From Balamuthia mandrillaris (lineage: Eukaryota), in the NCBI GenBank assembly GCA_031835245.2, contig JAVKOQ020000047.1, forward strand, positions 1-64,000: DNA of 64,000 nucleotides, in the 5' to 3' direction. The position numbers and the translations under genes are program-made. Below the pieces are notes generated by a model. It was given only the letters and a program-made list of their open reading frames with translations, made no database searches and was not told the DNA's origin. Below are positions 16,617 to 29,781 of the stretch, in pieces. Position 1 is the first letter of the stretch, and the number at the start of each line of letters is the position of its first letter.

Positions 16617-16807
16617 AGAGGGGAGGGAAAGGAGCTAGCAGCCAAGGCAAGAAGCACGATGATGTTAACTTGATTTTAAACAAGTTAATTGTTGGTAGAT
16701 GCTGCATGATGAACTTGGCTGCTAGCTCCTTTCCCTCCCCTCTGATGGTAACTTGATTTTAAACAAGTTATTTGTTGGTAGACGCTGCCTGATGAACATC
16801 ATCGTGC
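16617..16807. repeat. Nested inverted and direct repeat cluster
   Basis: Perfect 30-bp inverted repeat at 16617-16646/16714-16743. Direct repeat of ~48 bp at 16666-16713/16749-16796. Inverted 13-mer at 16654-16666/16795-16807. Confidence 0.9.
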
Positions 16808-17007
16808 TACACCCCCCTTCGGCAGACATAGTGCTCTGCACTACTTTCATTGACACAGCAATGTTTGGTGGGGGAATTTATGGGAGGTAACTTTTGAGAG
16901 CACAAAAGCTGCACCTCAATTAAACACTTCTCAGTTTGTGCACAAAATTTTGCTGATCCGGTTTGATTGAGGGGTCTTCCCCCGCCCTCCCAGCACCAAA
17001 CCCATCG

Positions 17008-17049
<42 letters not shown>

Positions 17050-17088
17050 AAACACAAGACAAAAGAAAGAAAGCCCAACTAGGGTACC

Positions 17089-17119
<31 letters not shown>

Positions 17120-17127
17120 AGAAGGGA

Positions 17128-19841
17128 ATGTCCACACGCACAAGACGTCCCTCTTATTCAGATTCGGAGGAAGAGGGAGAGATAGCCTCCCTTTCCGATG
17201 ACCCTTCCTCGGAAGAGGAGGGAGCGGAGGAAGAGGAGAGCGAGCAAGTGGAAGAGGCTGGGGGCAAAGCCAGCAGTGCGCCCGTTCCACTGAAGAAGAG
17301 GAAAGCGCTACAAGCGTAAGTGCCTGCTCTTGTTGCTGCCGTTGTTGACGTTGTTTTTGTGCGTTGTTTATTTATTTGCACTTTCTTGGTTTGTTCAAAC
17401 ACCCTCTTTTTTTCTTTTTTCAATGCTGCCCACAGGAAGGCCTCTTCCCCCGCAGAAGTTGACTCTTCCGAGTCAGAATTCGATGACGGCTATGACGAGG
17501 ACCTCTACATAGATGAAGCCGATCGACGCGCGTACGTTGATTCTAAAGTAGTGCTCTCTGTCCACTTTGTAGCACCTCACTTCTATCTTGCAGTTTGGAG
17601 AAAATGCCTGAGTTGGAACGAGAGCAGATTTTGAACGAGAGATATGAAAAACGCAAAGCGGCTCTAGAACGGTTCCAAATGAGGAAGAAGCTCAAAGAAA
17701 AGCAAATGAAGCGCAGTAGTAGCGAGGCTTCTCGTATATTCCCCTCCCTTATGATTTCTTCTCGATTCTGACGTCTAACGCGAGTGACTGTAGGAAGCAG
17801 CCGCTCGCGAGCACTTGCCACTGCCAAAGAAAGCAAACAAGCAGCCTTATCGAAACTGTCTGCCAAGCGGAAGGCTGCTGCCTCCTCCAAAACAAAAGTA
17901 ATAACCCTCCCATTACATCATTGTCCGGTTATCTGGTCCTAACTTTATGATGCAAAGGTCCAAAGCAAGCTGGATATTTCTTCAGAGTCAGCCGAAGAGG
18001 AAGAAGAAGAAGAAGAAGAGTATGTTGATACAACTGAACGTCGTTCCGCTTCACATTCAGCGAGGCAAAACGTTGGTTTCCTTGTCGTTGCACTTGGGAT
18101 ATCTTCTCTCTCTCTCTCTCTCTCTCTCTGTTAAGCAATCAAGCAACACGTCTCCGCTAACACGTCTCATCTTCGCTAGCGATACAAAGAAGCTGAGGAG
18201 GAAGATGAGGAAGAAAATGAGGCTGCCAGAGAAAAAGTCCGGAGAAGAGATGTACAAGAGCAGGAACCACCCACCCTCGATCAGTTTAACAAACTACGAC
18301 TCAGTCGCAATCAATTGGAGAAGTGGATTGAGCTTCCCATTTTTGCTGAGAACGCTCCCGGTTTCTTTGTGAGGGTTGGTCTCGGTCTTGACAACAATCA
18401 GAGACGCACATACCGTGTGGCCGAGATTATTTGTACGTCTTTTTGAGCAGGTTTGGGCCGTATTGGTACCGAACTAACTTATTATTGATTATAGCTGTAC
18501 AGGAAGGAGAAAAAAGGTACCAAGTAGGAAAACTGGACACTTTAAAGGTGTTGGAAATAGCTCATGCTAGCCATGGACGTACCACGTTCAAAGTGAGCTA
18601 TGTATCCAATTCTGAATTCACGCCGGTTTGTTTGATTTGTTTTGTTTTGGTGCAGTTGTTTTGTTACATGCCTTACGTCCTCGTTTTCGTCAATTCTGAT
18701 GTCAGAGCGAGTATACGAAATGGGTTGCTGAGATGAAAAAAGAGGGCCTTCCTTTCCCGTCACGCAAAGATATCGAGAAGAAGCAAGACGCCCTGAGGAA
18801 GCTACAAAACTATGTATACACGGAAGTACGTTGGTCTTGCTCACTGTTTCATTCAGTATGAGAAAACGTTAACGAGGATTGTTAAAAAAGGCGGACGTTG
18901 ATCGAATCGTAAAAGGCAACCTCCGACGAAAGGGAAAACATCCACGTCTAGCAGCATACAAAGCACAACTTATGTCGCAACTCAAAGCGGCTGAGGAGGC
19001 TGGCAATCTTGAAGAATATCCTTTTAATGACCTTGATTACCCTGACATCTCTATACAAACCTTTGAGTTTTTCCATAATTATTCTCCTCTTACAGTAGAG
19101 CAGATTAGTAAATCGCTAGCCAAGGTTAAACAGTCAGAGGAATCCCGCAAAACTGAAGATAAAGGCATCAACATTGCGGATTTGAACAAAAGGAACAAAC
19201 TACGAAATGTTGAACTCACTAAACACAACCAAAAGGTTTCTTTCTTTCTTACTGTTTCTATGTTTCTCTTCTCCTTCAAGTACTAATCGGAACAACGGTG
19301 TACAACGCACAGCAAGCTAAAAACGGAGGTCCACAGGATTTGGATCCGTTTTCACGCCGCCCAACACAACCAACAACGCTTGTCATTACCAAGTACCATG
19401 AAGGAGATAAGGAGGTAAGCGCTCATTTTCCTGCGTTTTTGCGCTGTATATATATATTCTACTCACTAGAATAATTTCTGGCTAAAGAGCAAAGGTAAAG
19501 AGAAGGAAGGTAGTGCTCCAGCGGGGCCACAGCCCACCCAAAATACTGTGGGTGCCATTGCAAAGACAAAGAAAAAAGATGAAACAGAACAGCCAGCAAA
19601 AGAGGACAAAGAAGACGGCTCCTTACTTAAGGCACATGATGATTTTGAGCTTGATTTAGACCTCTCCGCAAACACTCCATCCAAGGACGGACACAAGCAA
19701 AAGAAGCGAAAGTTTAAATCATCATCAGCAGGCCAACCATCACAAGCAGCCTCTTCCACCGCGCCATCCTCTCGCACAGCCCCTAAACCCGGCAAGTGCC
19801 TCTCTGTCAATGATTACAAAAGACGGAGAGGCCTCATTTAA
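17128..19841 (+). CDS. RTF1: PAF1-complex subunit RTF1 (Plus3 domain; multi-exon)
   Basis: Motifs FDDGYDEDL, LEKMPELEREQIL, RLSRNQLEKW, GFFVRVGLG, YRVAEI, VSNSEFT and DPFSRRPT, and the C-terminus LSVNDYKRRRGLI. Confidence 0.93.
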
Positions 19842-19991
19842 GAGAAGGGACAACATCCTCTCGCGCAGCTCATTGAGAATTCAGCGCAACGCACGTTTTT
19901 TTTTTTCCAACAAAAAAATGGTGACGTGCTGAGGCTTGTTGTTGTTATTGCGAGTGTTGAATAAGCACTACTCTTAATAAACTTTGCACAA

Positions 19992-21294
19992 TTAGAAAAA
20001 GCCAGCGAAGCCACGCCTGCGGCTTTGGCGCTCATAGGCAGTGTTATAGCGGTCAACCAGCTCGTTGATAATGTTGGATCCCTTGGTAATGCTTGCCAAG
20101 TAGGTCACCAACAGAGCGTCGTTGTAATCCTAACCAGGCATGAAGCAGCGATGTTAGCAAACAACAAAATAGCAAAAGAAGAGCGGGGAGAAGAAAATTA
20201 CCTTCACAAACTCTTCCTTGAATTGTTCCGTATCTATAGCGGGAAGAAGATTACACAAAGCAACCGTCTCACGAAGCAGGCCATGCTCCTTTGGGATTTT
20301 ACCTGACGAGAATAGCAGACACCAACCAAAAGTTAGTGTTTGTAAGTGTTTTAAAGGCAATAAAGAAAGATAGATACCTTGGGCTGTGGCCACAAGAAAG
20401 TTACGCAAAAGTTGAATCCTCATGTGCAACATTTTGATGGCGTTGTGCATTCCCATCAAGTGAGAAGCGACTGCAAAACACAAGGGTTAATAATAAGAGT
20501 AGGGAGGCTAGCAAAATAACATAGAGAGTAAAATTAGTACGTTGGGAGCCTTCAGAGTGGCCAGAGGTGACGTGAGCCACATGATCAACCGAAATACGTT
20601 CCGCCTCAACGGTTTCTATCTTATAAGGTACAGTGGAAAAGAGCATTGTGGGCTCGTCGTTGATGATTCGGAGCTCGGACTCGAAGATAGTAATGGGGAG
20701 CTCCCTGCTCACGGTGGAGGCCACGGGATCCAACAACAAGTAGAGAGGGCTCTCGTTAATGCCCATAAACTACCAAAATCATGTTAGCTGAGCAGCCCTC
20801 TTCACCACTTGGTTTTTAAGTTTCACAAGAAATAAAGAACAACGCACCTGATTGTGAATCTCAATGTCTGAAGGTTTGCACTCTTTGCCGGTGGAGTACC
20901 AGCCCAAAAGGTCTTGCCCCTTGAACACGGTCTCGACTGGAGTACAATAGATGGAGAGTATGTATGTTAGTCCACTAGCACTGCAGGATCAAAGCGGCGG
21001 CGTACATTGTTCCTGCTTTCTTTTGAGATAGTCCAAATCAATGACAACAGCACCCTCCACCTCATTGTAGACCAGTTCGAAGGAGTTGAAAATTTCAACG
21101 TTACGACCAGATTGAACGCCCATCAAGGCACCAATGACTCTGGGGTCGGCCTGTTCGGTGGTGACCTTGGCCCGCGTGTAGTGGTCAGAAATGTTGATGA
21201 TGACCAATGGGTGCAACAAGATGTCAAGGGCGCTCCCGGTTTCCTTCTCTATGACGGTGCCGCTTTTGGGGGCTGCTTTCTCTATGTCCATCAT
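19992..21294 (-). CDS. COPS6: COP9 signalosome subunit 6 (MPN-; multi-exon)
   Basis: Motifs LHPLVIINISDHYTR, VEIFNSFEL, LGWYSTG, INESPLYLLL, ETVEAERISVDHVA and YNDALLVTYLASITKG. Confidence 0.95.
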
Positions 21295-21503
21295 TGGATT
21301 GTCAGCTCTTCTCCTTGTGCTTCTCCTTGTGCTTCTCCTTCTTCTTCGTTCTTCGCTAGCTTTTGGTGGTGGAAGCAAAAAAAAAAAAAAAACGGGAAGA
21401 GAGGCCTTCACGCACTACCGCCCCCCATTTGCTTCAGCTAACCTGCTTCCTGGCTCACTCACGACGTCACGAACCTTCCGAATTGCATCACTTCACCAGC
21501 AGC

Positions 21504-22334
21504 ATGAGGGAAGGGCAAGGAATACAGGAAGAACAAGAAGAAGAAGAAGATCAAGAAGAACATGAACAAGAACATGAACAAGAAGAAGAGAGGATTGTTG
21601 CGGGCTGCAAACAGGCCTCCTTACAAAGGTTGGCCAAACTGAGCCTGCGAGTGGCAAGCTTGCACCCAGTGGTTGTCTTACAGGGAGGTGGAGCGGGCAA
21701 CACCACCCCACCATCAGGGGGCAGAAGCACCACAGCCACAGCCACTCCCATTTCGCAGCTTCCTTTGCATCTTAGAAGGAAGCTCTTGGCGGGCTGCATA
21801 AAGTTGCGTACGCTGCAAGATTATACGCTACCACTCTTTATGGACAGCAACATGGAAGAGTTGGTGCTGAGTGGTGCCACCCAGGTGACGGAAGAGGGGC
21901 TGCTCTCCTCCCTGGCTGACGCCAATTGCCATCGGCTACAGTGTTTGGACCTGAGTGGCTGTTACAATGTTTCTGCTTCTGGTTTGATTCGCCTCTTCGA
22001 TATGTTACCTCCCACTCTTTGCAGCCTCCGCTTGGGCCGCTGCTTTCGCCTCACTGAAGGGGCACTCCAGAGGCTCACCTTCTCTCCCTGTCACGTCAGC
22101 CTGCGCGTTCTCGACCTTACTCGCTGTTCTGTTTTGACGGATGAAAGCTTGATCTCCATCACCAACTCTCTTCATCCCACGCTGGAAGAACTCAGCCTTT
22201 TCGCGTGTCGCAAGCTCACCAATTGTGCTCTTCTGGAAGGTCTTGTCAAATGCAAACGTCTATGTTTCTTGTCCCTGTCTCGCTGCCCTCTTCTTCACGA
22301 CCCGGTGAGTAAAGTCTTCCAGAACAAGAATGTC

Positions 22335-22368
<34 letters not shown>

Positions 22369-23958
22369 GGTCACTCTTCCCCTTTCCTCTTTTTCTCCTC
22401 TGGAGTTGACTTTCGCGAATTGTATAATAACATTGGGTCTCTCGACCAATTGACCCAGACCGGCGAACTGTTGAAGACCTTACTGGAAAGCTGCCCTCGG
22501 TTGGAGGACCTTTTTCTGGCCCATTGCAAACGACTTGTTCCTCCAACGGGTGATTTCCTGTCCATTGGGTACAACCTTCTTGTTTGTTGGTACATTATTG
22601 GGGTAATCCGTGAAGAGCCAATAACGGGGCACTTGAAAAAACCGAACGAAAAATCAGGCTAGAATGTGTGCCTCAACTACGATCGTTGGATTTGTCAGGG
22701 CTCGCCGTGAACCATGCCTCCTTGCTTTCCCTCTTTCGCCATTTATCGGCCCTAGAAACACTCTATCTCAGCAATGTACGCCAGACCAGCGATGATGTTA
22801 TAGCTACGCTGGCGTCGAATTGTGGGGCGTCCTTGCGCTGCCTTTACTTGTCCTCCTGCATTCAACTGACAGGTAGTAGGCTTCCTGTGCTCCTCAAACC
22901 TATTTGCTGACCGTATATTAGATGTGGCAATGTTGAGCTTGGCACTGCATTGCCAAGGAGGGAAATTACGAGTCCTGAACATTGCGCGTTGTGCTCTTAT
23001 AAGCGACCTCTCTATTTCCTCTTTTCTTCAAAGTTGTGGCAGCCACCTTCACACCATCTACTTTTCCGGTTGTCCATTGATCACGCACAGAATGCTGCTT
23101 CTCTTATGCCGCTACTCCAAAAAAATGAAGTCGGTGGATTTGTCCAATTGCCAAAAGGCAACAAAAGGCACTAAGACGCTGTGGCGAATTGCTCAGATGC
23201 GGTCATTGAAAATGCTGGTGTGTATTGTGCTCTATTTCAATCTCAGTGTTATTATTATGATCTTACCTTCCCTTACCTTTCTTTCTGCCAATTTCTGGAT
23301 TATGACACAGGACCTATCTTTTGCTAACTTATCCCATGTGGGCATCTTTTACTTGTCTTCGCTTTATAACTTGCATTTTCTCTGCTTATCCAATACCAAT
23401 GTTGCAAACGAGCACTTGGAGATGCTTGTTGCTGGCCAGCCAAGCCAATCTATGGCTTGGAGTCTCGAGTGGCTTGTGCTAAGTAATTGTCCAGGAATTA
23501 CAGATGCCGCCTTGGTGATCCATGTGCTTGACAAATTGCCAATGTTGCAAAAGCTATACTTATCCTCTTGCCCACTGGAGCTACGAAGCCCCTACCAACC
23601 CAGAAGGCAGCAATCCCCATGGCCAAACTTACAATGGCTTTGTTTTTCTGGGTGTTCTACGCTTACGGACGATATTGCTTCTCTGTTTCTTCCAAGAGCA
23701 CCTCATCTGACTTCATTGGCGCTATCAAAATGCTACAGCTTATCAGCAACCACCTTTGAGCTCATAGCAAGACACTGTTGTTTATTGCAACACTTGGATT
23801 TGTCACATTGTTGTATAGCTGACAAACAACTCAAAGGGATCATCAGCAGCTGTGCTGACTATTTGACAACTCTAGTCATCTCTCATTGCGAAGGCGTTTC
23901 CAAGCAAACGAGGGACGACGTTTACTCTGCTTGCCCTTTGTTACAACAGGAAGGCTAA
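21504..23958 (+). CDS. Cysteine-containing LRR (FBXL/AMN1-like) protein (multi-exon)
   Basis: Many LxxLxLSxC repeats, e.g. LQCLDLSGC, LRVLDLTRC, LRCLYLSSC and LQHLDLSHC. Confidence 0.85.
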
Positions 23959-24207
23959 CCTCTTCTAGCACTCACTAACCTCTGGGGCTGGCGCCTTTGT
24001 TTTTGTGTGGAGCGGGCCTTCGTCGTTTCAAAGCAACACACAGACCTTTTGCCTTCAGAAGCACAAACATTTTAACGAGAAGAATAAGAATGCTCTTACC
24101 ACTACTCTTCTTAAGCCAAGCAAGCCACAACAACCATAAGCTGTTTCTTTAAATAAATATTCATTTTGGGTAAAAAAGAAAAACAAAAGGAAGGAAAGGA
24201 AATCAAC

Positions 24208-24395
24208 GAGAAGAAGAAGAAGAAGAAGAAGAAGAAGAAGAAGAAGAAGAAAAAAAAGAAAAGAAAAAAAAAAGAACAAGAAAAAAAAAAAAAAGAACAG
24301 AAAAAAGAAAAGAAAAGAACAAGAAAAGAACAAGAACAAGAACAAGAACAAGAACAAGAACAAGAACAAGAACAAGAACAAGAACAAGAACAAGA
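24208..24395. repeat. (GAA)n/(A)n/(AACAAG)n microsatellite
   Basis: Visible tandem units. Confidence 0.9.
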
Positions 24396-26390
24396 ATGCT
24401 CTTAGTACGCCAAGCCAAAACTGGAGTAACAAGAAGAGGGATTTGTGGGAGGGGTTGGCCTCCACTAAGTGTGCGAGCACCATTGGCTTTTTACAGAAAG
24501 AGGACACGGAGTGATGGAAGGGCTATCACCCCCCTACAGACAGGCCTCCTTGTCTGGGCGCGTATCTTCCCTGCCCGTGTGCACACTCGCTCGCCTGCCT
24601 GTACGCAGACAAACTCTTCCCTCAAGACCTCATTGCTTGCCGCTTGCGGGTCCCTAGAAACGAAGCAACTCTGCGCGCTGTTAGACAAAGAGAAGCAAGA
24701 AAAAGGCCATGTGGTCGTTGATGACTGGTGCTTCAGTCGAATGACTATGGCTTGCGTTAAGAAAATGGATCTAGAGCTGGGCAAGAGACTACTGGCGTTG
24801 TGGAAAGAGGAGGTCACACATAATAGGCTCCACCTCCGCAACAAGTCGCCCAGCGTGTGTGGTACGCAGCTGATCAAGGTGTTTACCCATCACGCGGACT
24901 TGGACGCTGCCTTTCAGGTCTTCGCGATGGTGCGCTCTTCTTTGCCAACCACGCCTGATTCGATGATATTTGGAACCATGCTGGGGGCCTGTCTCTTGTG
25001 TAGAAAGCCAGAGGCCGGTCTTTCCCTTTGGCAGGAGATGAAGCAAAGCAAATTGCCTCTGACCAGCCACAACTTTGGCTATCTGACGAGGTTATGCAAT
25101 GCCACCAGCCATGCCCAAACCATCGCCGAAGTGGTGGAGTTATTACCATCGCTGCCATGTTCAGTCGACTTCGATGCCTGCGCACAGCTCGTAACGGCTT
25201 GCCACAAAGCCTCACGCAACTCTTCCTCTTCCACCACTCCCGCCTTTCCATCGTCTCACACCAACAATTTGCTACCCCAAGCGATGGCAGTGCTACACTT
25301 CATGGAGAAGAAAGCGATCCAAATGCAGTCTGGGCAAATCTATTGCAGTCTTCTCGCGGCTTGTACGGACCAGATGGCGTTAGGTATAGGCCGACAAGTG
25401 CATCACCACATCCGCCAGAATTTGCACCATTTGCCTACCAAAGACCAAATGAACGTGCAGACCGCTGTAATCAACATGTATGGCAAGTGCGGAATGATAG
25501 CAAGTGCGGAATGATAAGGGAAGCCATCGCAGAATTTGACGCTCTCTATCACTCCATGGGTGCCGCCCTTGATGTTCAGGCGTGGACCGCTGCCATCAAC
25601 GCCTACGGTGTCAATGGCTTCGGGAAGGAGGCTCTTGCCTTGTTCTCAGAGATGTTGGCAAGCCCTTCACACCCAAAACCTAACCGTCAAACCTTTGCTG
25701 TGGTCCTTAATGCCTGTAGCCACGCTGGTTTGAGCGAGGAAGCTACAAAGCTTGTCAAAGCTATGCCGATTGAATATGGTATCACTCCTGACGTCCAACA
25801 CTACAACAGTATGGTGGATGTACTTGGGCGGGCGGGCAAGCTGAGCGGGCACAGAACCTTATCAATACTATGGCACGACCAGACGTCGTCACTTGGTGCA
25901 TGCCTTTGGCATAAAGACATTCAGAGAGCCACCGAAGCTGCCCAAAGATGCAGCCGTTTACGTCCTTCTGGCAAATTGCTATGCAACTTCTGGTCAACAC
26001 AACCTTTCAAGGAACATACGAGCACGCATGCAAGCAAACAAGGTGCATAAAATACCTGGACAGTCAAGTACGGGCAGCTGCACTCCTTTCTGGCAAATGA
26101 TCGAAGTCATCCTCGCACTGTCGAAATTTACCAAGAATTGCAGTGTTGATGAAAAGATGAAGGAGGAGCATTTGAATTCACATAGCGAGAAGTTGGCAAT
26201 AGCACTTGGGATCATATCAACGCCTCCTGGTACTCCTTTGCTTATTTCGCAAAACCTTCGAGTGTGCAAGAACTGTCATGCCGCTACAGCCCTTATTAGT
26301 CAGTTATGAGGTCGTGAGATTGTTGTTAGGGATGCAAATCGTTTTCATCACTTTCATCAAGGCAAGTGCTCATGTCAAAATTATTGGTAA
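24396..26390 (+). pseudogene. PPR-E-DYW-type (ends NYW) RNA-editing-factor pseudogene
   Basis: PPR motifs (TAVINMYGKCG, AWTAAINAYG, TFAVVLNACSHAG, HYNSMVDVLGRAG), a KIPGQS PG-box, HSEKLA, NLRVCKNCH and IVVRDANRFHHFHQGKCSCQNYW*. It carries frameshifts and an in-frame TGA at 26307. Confidence 0.92.
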
Positions 26391-26818
26391 TGAATGGACT
26401 AGTTAACAAAAAAAAAAAAAAAGACCTTTATTCCTTCGTTGAGCAAAGGCAGTAGTCCCGCAGGAGTAGACAAAACCAAGATCAAAACAACACACCATTC
26501 AGAAAGAGTTTTGCCCTCAAGCCGACGTGTCACTTTTTCATGTGAGCGCTCATGAATCGAGTGCTCCTGTTACAGCACTGTTTGGTCCGTGGAACTTTGG
26601 TTCATTCCGGTTGAATCGCCTCGAAGTACTTCGGGTTCTATCAAGCGGATGTTGGCCAGACAACAAGATAGATATTGCAGCATCGCCATGACAACAAGTA
26701 AATGCAGCAAGAAAGGGCTGCAGAAATCTCCTCTCTGGCCCTCTATCTCCTTGTACGAGAGGAGGAGGGAAAAACACGCAACAACCATCACCACCACGAT
26801 AACAACCTCGTGCACTAC

Positions 26819-27420
26819 ATGCTCTCCCTTCGATCGGCAGCCCTTGCTGTCTTCCTCTGCTGCGCGGCTGTCCTCCTCGCAGGCCCTGCTGCTGGTGTCC
26901 TCTCTTCCTCTTCGGTGAGACTCTCTCTCCCTCTCACTCCTTTTACTCACTCACTGTGACCAGAAGGAAGGTCAGCAGTGGCACTTGCTCGTAGCGCTGA
27001 AGCAACGCAACCTGGACAAGCTGGAGCATTTGTTCTGGGAGGTCTCCGATCCCGACTCCCCCAGCTATGCCCGGTTTCTGACCAGGGACCAATTGCGAGA
27101 GATGACCGCTCCCTCCCCTGCCAACGTGCTCAGCGTCCAGAGTTGGCTGTCCTCCGCGTTAGGTTCGTTTTTCATGTCCTGCTCTGCTTCTGCTCTATGT
27201 TCTGTGCCTCACCACTTCTGGCTGTGCTGCATAGGAGCCACTCACACTGTCCTCAAGGACAGCGGTGACTTTATGGAAGTAACCGTGCCCTCTCTGCATC
27301 GTCTCAGTGGGGGTGCCACTGTTCGTCAACGGTTCTATGCTACGTATGGTGCTTCCTGCCCCCTCTTTCTGTCTTTTTCTCTACTCTGCTCTCACTCTCA
27401 CTTCTCACTCTCATTCTCAT

Positions 27421-27460
<40 letters not shown>

Positions 27461-29355
27461 TCTCTTCCTGTTTCTCCTTCACTTCTCTTCAGTGCGCCAA
27501 AGAGCATTACTGACCTGATAGACGACATAGTGGTCATCCGTTCTCCGGAGACTTTGTTCAAGAGACAAGTCCAATGCTCTGAATCCCAATTCACGCGACA
27601 GACCCATTTCCGCTCCAAACCGACCGTCCAATTGGCTGACCCGAACACTCAGAAGCTGGCTTATGGCATGCCAGCCAATGTGCGAGGCACCAACAAGGTA
27701 TTCCCTTCTCCTTTTTCTTTTCCTCTTCTCCTTCGCGTTCTCTTTCACCTTGTCTTGTAAGCTGACTGTAAGTTCATTATGCAGACCAACTCTCAGATGG
27801 TTTGGGGTACATAGTTGTTTCTCTGTGCTCACTGTTAGAACGTCCATGAATCTGATATCCTCTCTCTCTAGGCCCATGCACCTACGGATATCTCCCAAGT
27901 GACATGAAGTTGTTCTATAGCACCTACAACGTTCCTGCAAGTACTGCAGACATTGTTACCGAAGGCTACCAGGGTTCGTTTCCTGCTTCTTTCAATTGAA
28001 CTCTCTCCACTTACCAACATGTATTCCTAGGATTACCAGGAGGTGATAACTTTGGAGAAGCTACGTTGGACGTGAGCTACATTACAGCTCTAGCCCCTGG
28101 TGTTAAGACTATTGTCTCAAACACCAATAATACTCCTTCCACCGAAGAAGGTGTGTATAATCCTTGCTAGTTTACCTTGCACCCAATGCTGGTATTAACG
28201 CTTAACACCCAAGGGCAAGGCTTCGGTGCGGCGATGGTCTACTTCCTCTCAGACCTCGCTTCTCGTGAATCTGTTCCCTATGTTCTCTCCTTGAGTTTGG
28301 GAAGCCTCTCTTGGGATTCAGTGGACCTCATGTGCTCCAAAGTTCAAGAGACCGGACAATTCTCCTACAAGGAGTGCATGGAGTACCTCCAGCAACAAAG
28401 GCAGGTGGCCATGTACACTGGCGAAAATCAGATGCTGAGAATGAATGTAGAATTCCAGAAGCTTGGATTGAGAGGTAAGCCCTCCCCCCAACTCACCACG
28501 GATGCTTTCACTGTCAGTTGTGTGTAATGGCATGTTATTTCAGGAGTGACCGTGTTTGCTGCTGCTGGAGATGGCGGAAGCCACTTCTCCTTCCAACCAT
28601 TCCAAGGAGGAGATATCGCTGAAATCCTCAACGACATCAGCTGCAAGTACAACTTTCCCACCTATCCCTCAGCCTCACCGTACGTGGGTATGTAACCGTC
28701 ACATTACAATCTCCTTCCCTCGAGTCTCACCCAAGGGTGTAACTATCCCCAGTGAGCGTTGGAGGCACCATGTTAAAAGATGACATCAAGCGCCCTGTTC
28801 ATTGGCCTGCTGGCGGTAGTGGCTTCAGCTGGCGCTTCCCTCGGCCAAAGTATCAAGACGAGGCCGTGACCATCTACCTTAAGACCATGCAATCTTCTCT
28901 TCCCCCATCCTACTCCTTCAACTCCTCAGCTAGAGCCTATCCAGACGTCTCTGCGGTGGGAGAAAATGTACCCATGTTTGTACAGGGGAGGAAGGTTTCA
29001 ACAGGAGGCACCTCCGCCTCCACTCCAGAGATTGCTGGCATCTTCTCCATCATCAATGACTATCGCCTCAACAACAATCTCCCCCCTCTGGGATTTGTCA
29101 ATCCTCGTCTCTACAAGACTGCAAAGCAAGTGCCTGGTGTGTTGTTTTATGATGTTAATGAAGGTGCAGTGTCTATCCCAGTTCATCTTTGGACTGACTG
29201 CTCTGACTAGTTCTTCCACAGGTAACTCCAACTGTTCTGCTGATGGATCTTGCTGTGACACAGGATTCCCCTCTGCCAGTGGATGGGACCCTCTTTCTGG
29301 TCTGGGCTCTCCCTTGTTCCCTGGCCTTCTGGCTTACCTCTCTGCGGCTCCATAA
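26819..29355 (+). CDS. Sedolisin/tripeptidyl-peptidase-I-like S53 protease with signal peptide and prodomain (multi-exon)
   Basis: Motifs ALKQRNLDKLE..VSDPDSPSYARFLT, GEATLDVSY, AAGDGG, RAYPDVSA, GGTSASTP, PLGFVNP and GWDPLSGLGSP. Confidence 0.93.
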
Positions 29356-29664
29356 GCTGAGGCACTATCACAGCTTCTTACCTGGAAAATCCATTGACAT
29401 TCTCTATCTCTCCAGCCTATCTCATTTTCTACCTCTACTCACCACCTAGCCCAACACTTTAATTGATAAAGAAGCAAGAACTTGCCTTTTAATTACAGTT
29501 AAAAGCGATAATAGAAGCTTGCCATCTTAGTATATATACTTAAAATGAGTAAACCGTAATATTGTTATCTTTTTTTATGTTTGTTTGTGCATAACTCGCT
29601 TGGTTATGTAAGTTTTTATTAGTATAGAAAAATTGTTAAGTTTGTTTGACATTACCACATGTTT

Positions 29665-29781
29665 TGTAGTAGTAGTAGTAATAAAAAGTTTATTTGCTCT
29701 GAGAGCAACACCAATCTATACATAAAAAGTAAGCCTTGTACATACATAGTGTACTCTTACTTTTCTTACTCCCTCATCCTC
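29665..29781 (-). mobile_element. Non-LTR retrotransposon 3'-end fragment with (TAC)n tail
   Basis: Reverse complement of 33852-33945; similar sequence also at ~62860-62965. Confidence 0.65.

Noticed and set aside
16706..16745. Box C/D snoRNA (ATGATGA...CTGA)
   Set aside because: Only ~40 nt, and the interior is explained as one arm of the inverted repeat.
26307..26309. Stop-codon reassignment or readthrough of TGA
   Set aside because: Intact genes here end in TGA, and in-frame stops occur only in genes that are also frameshifted.
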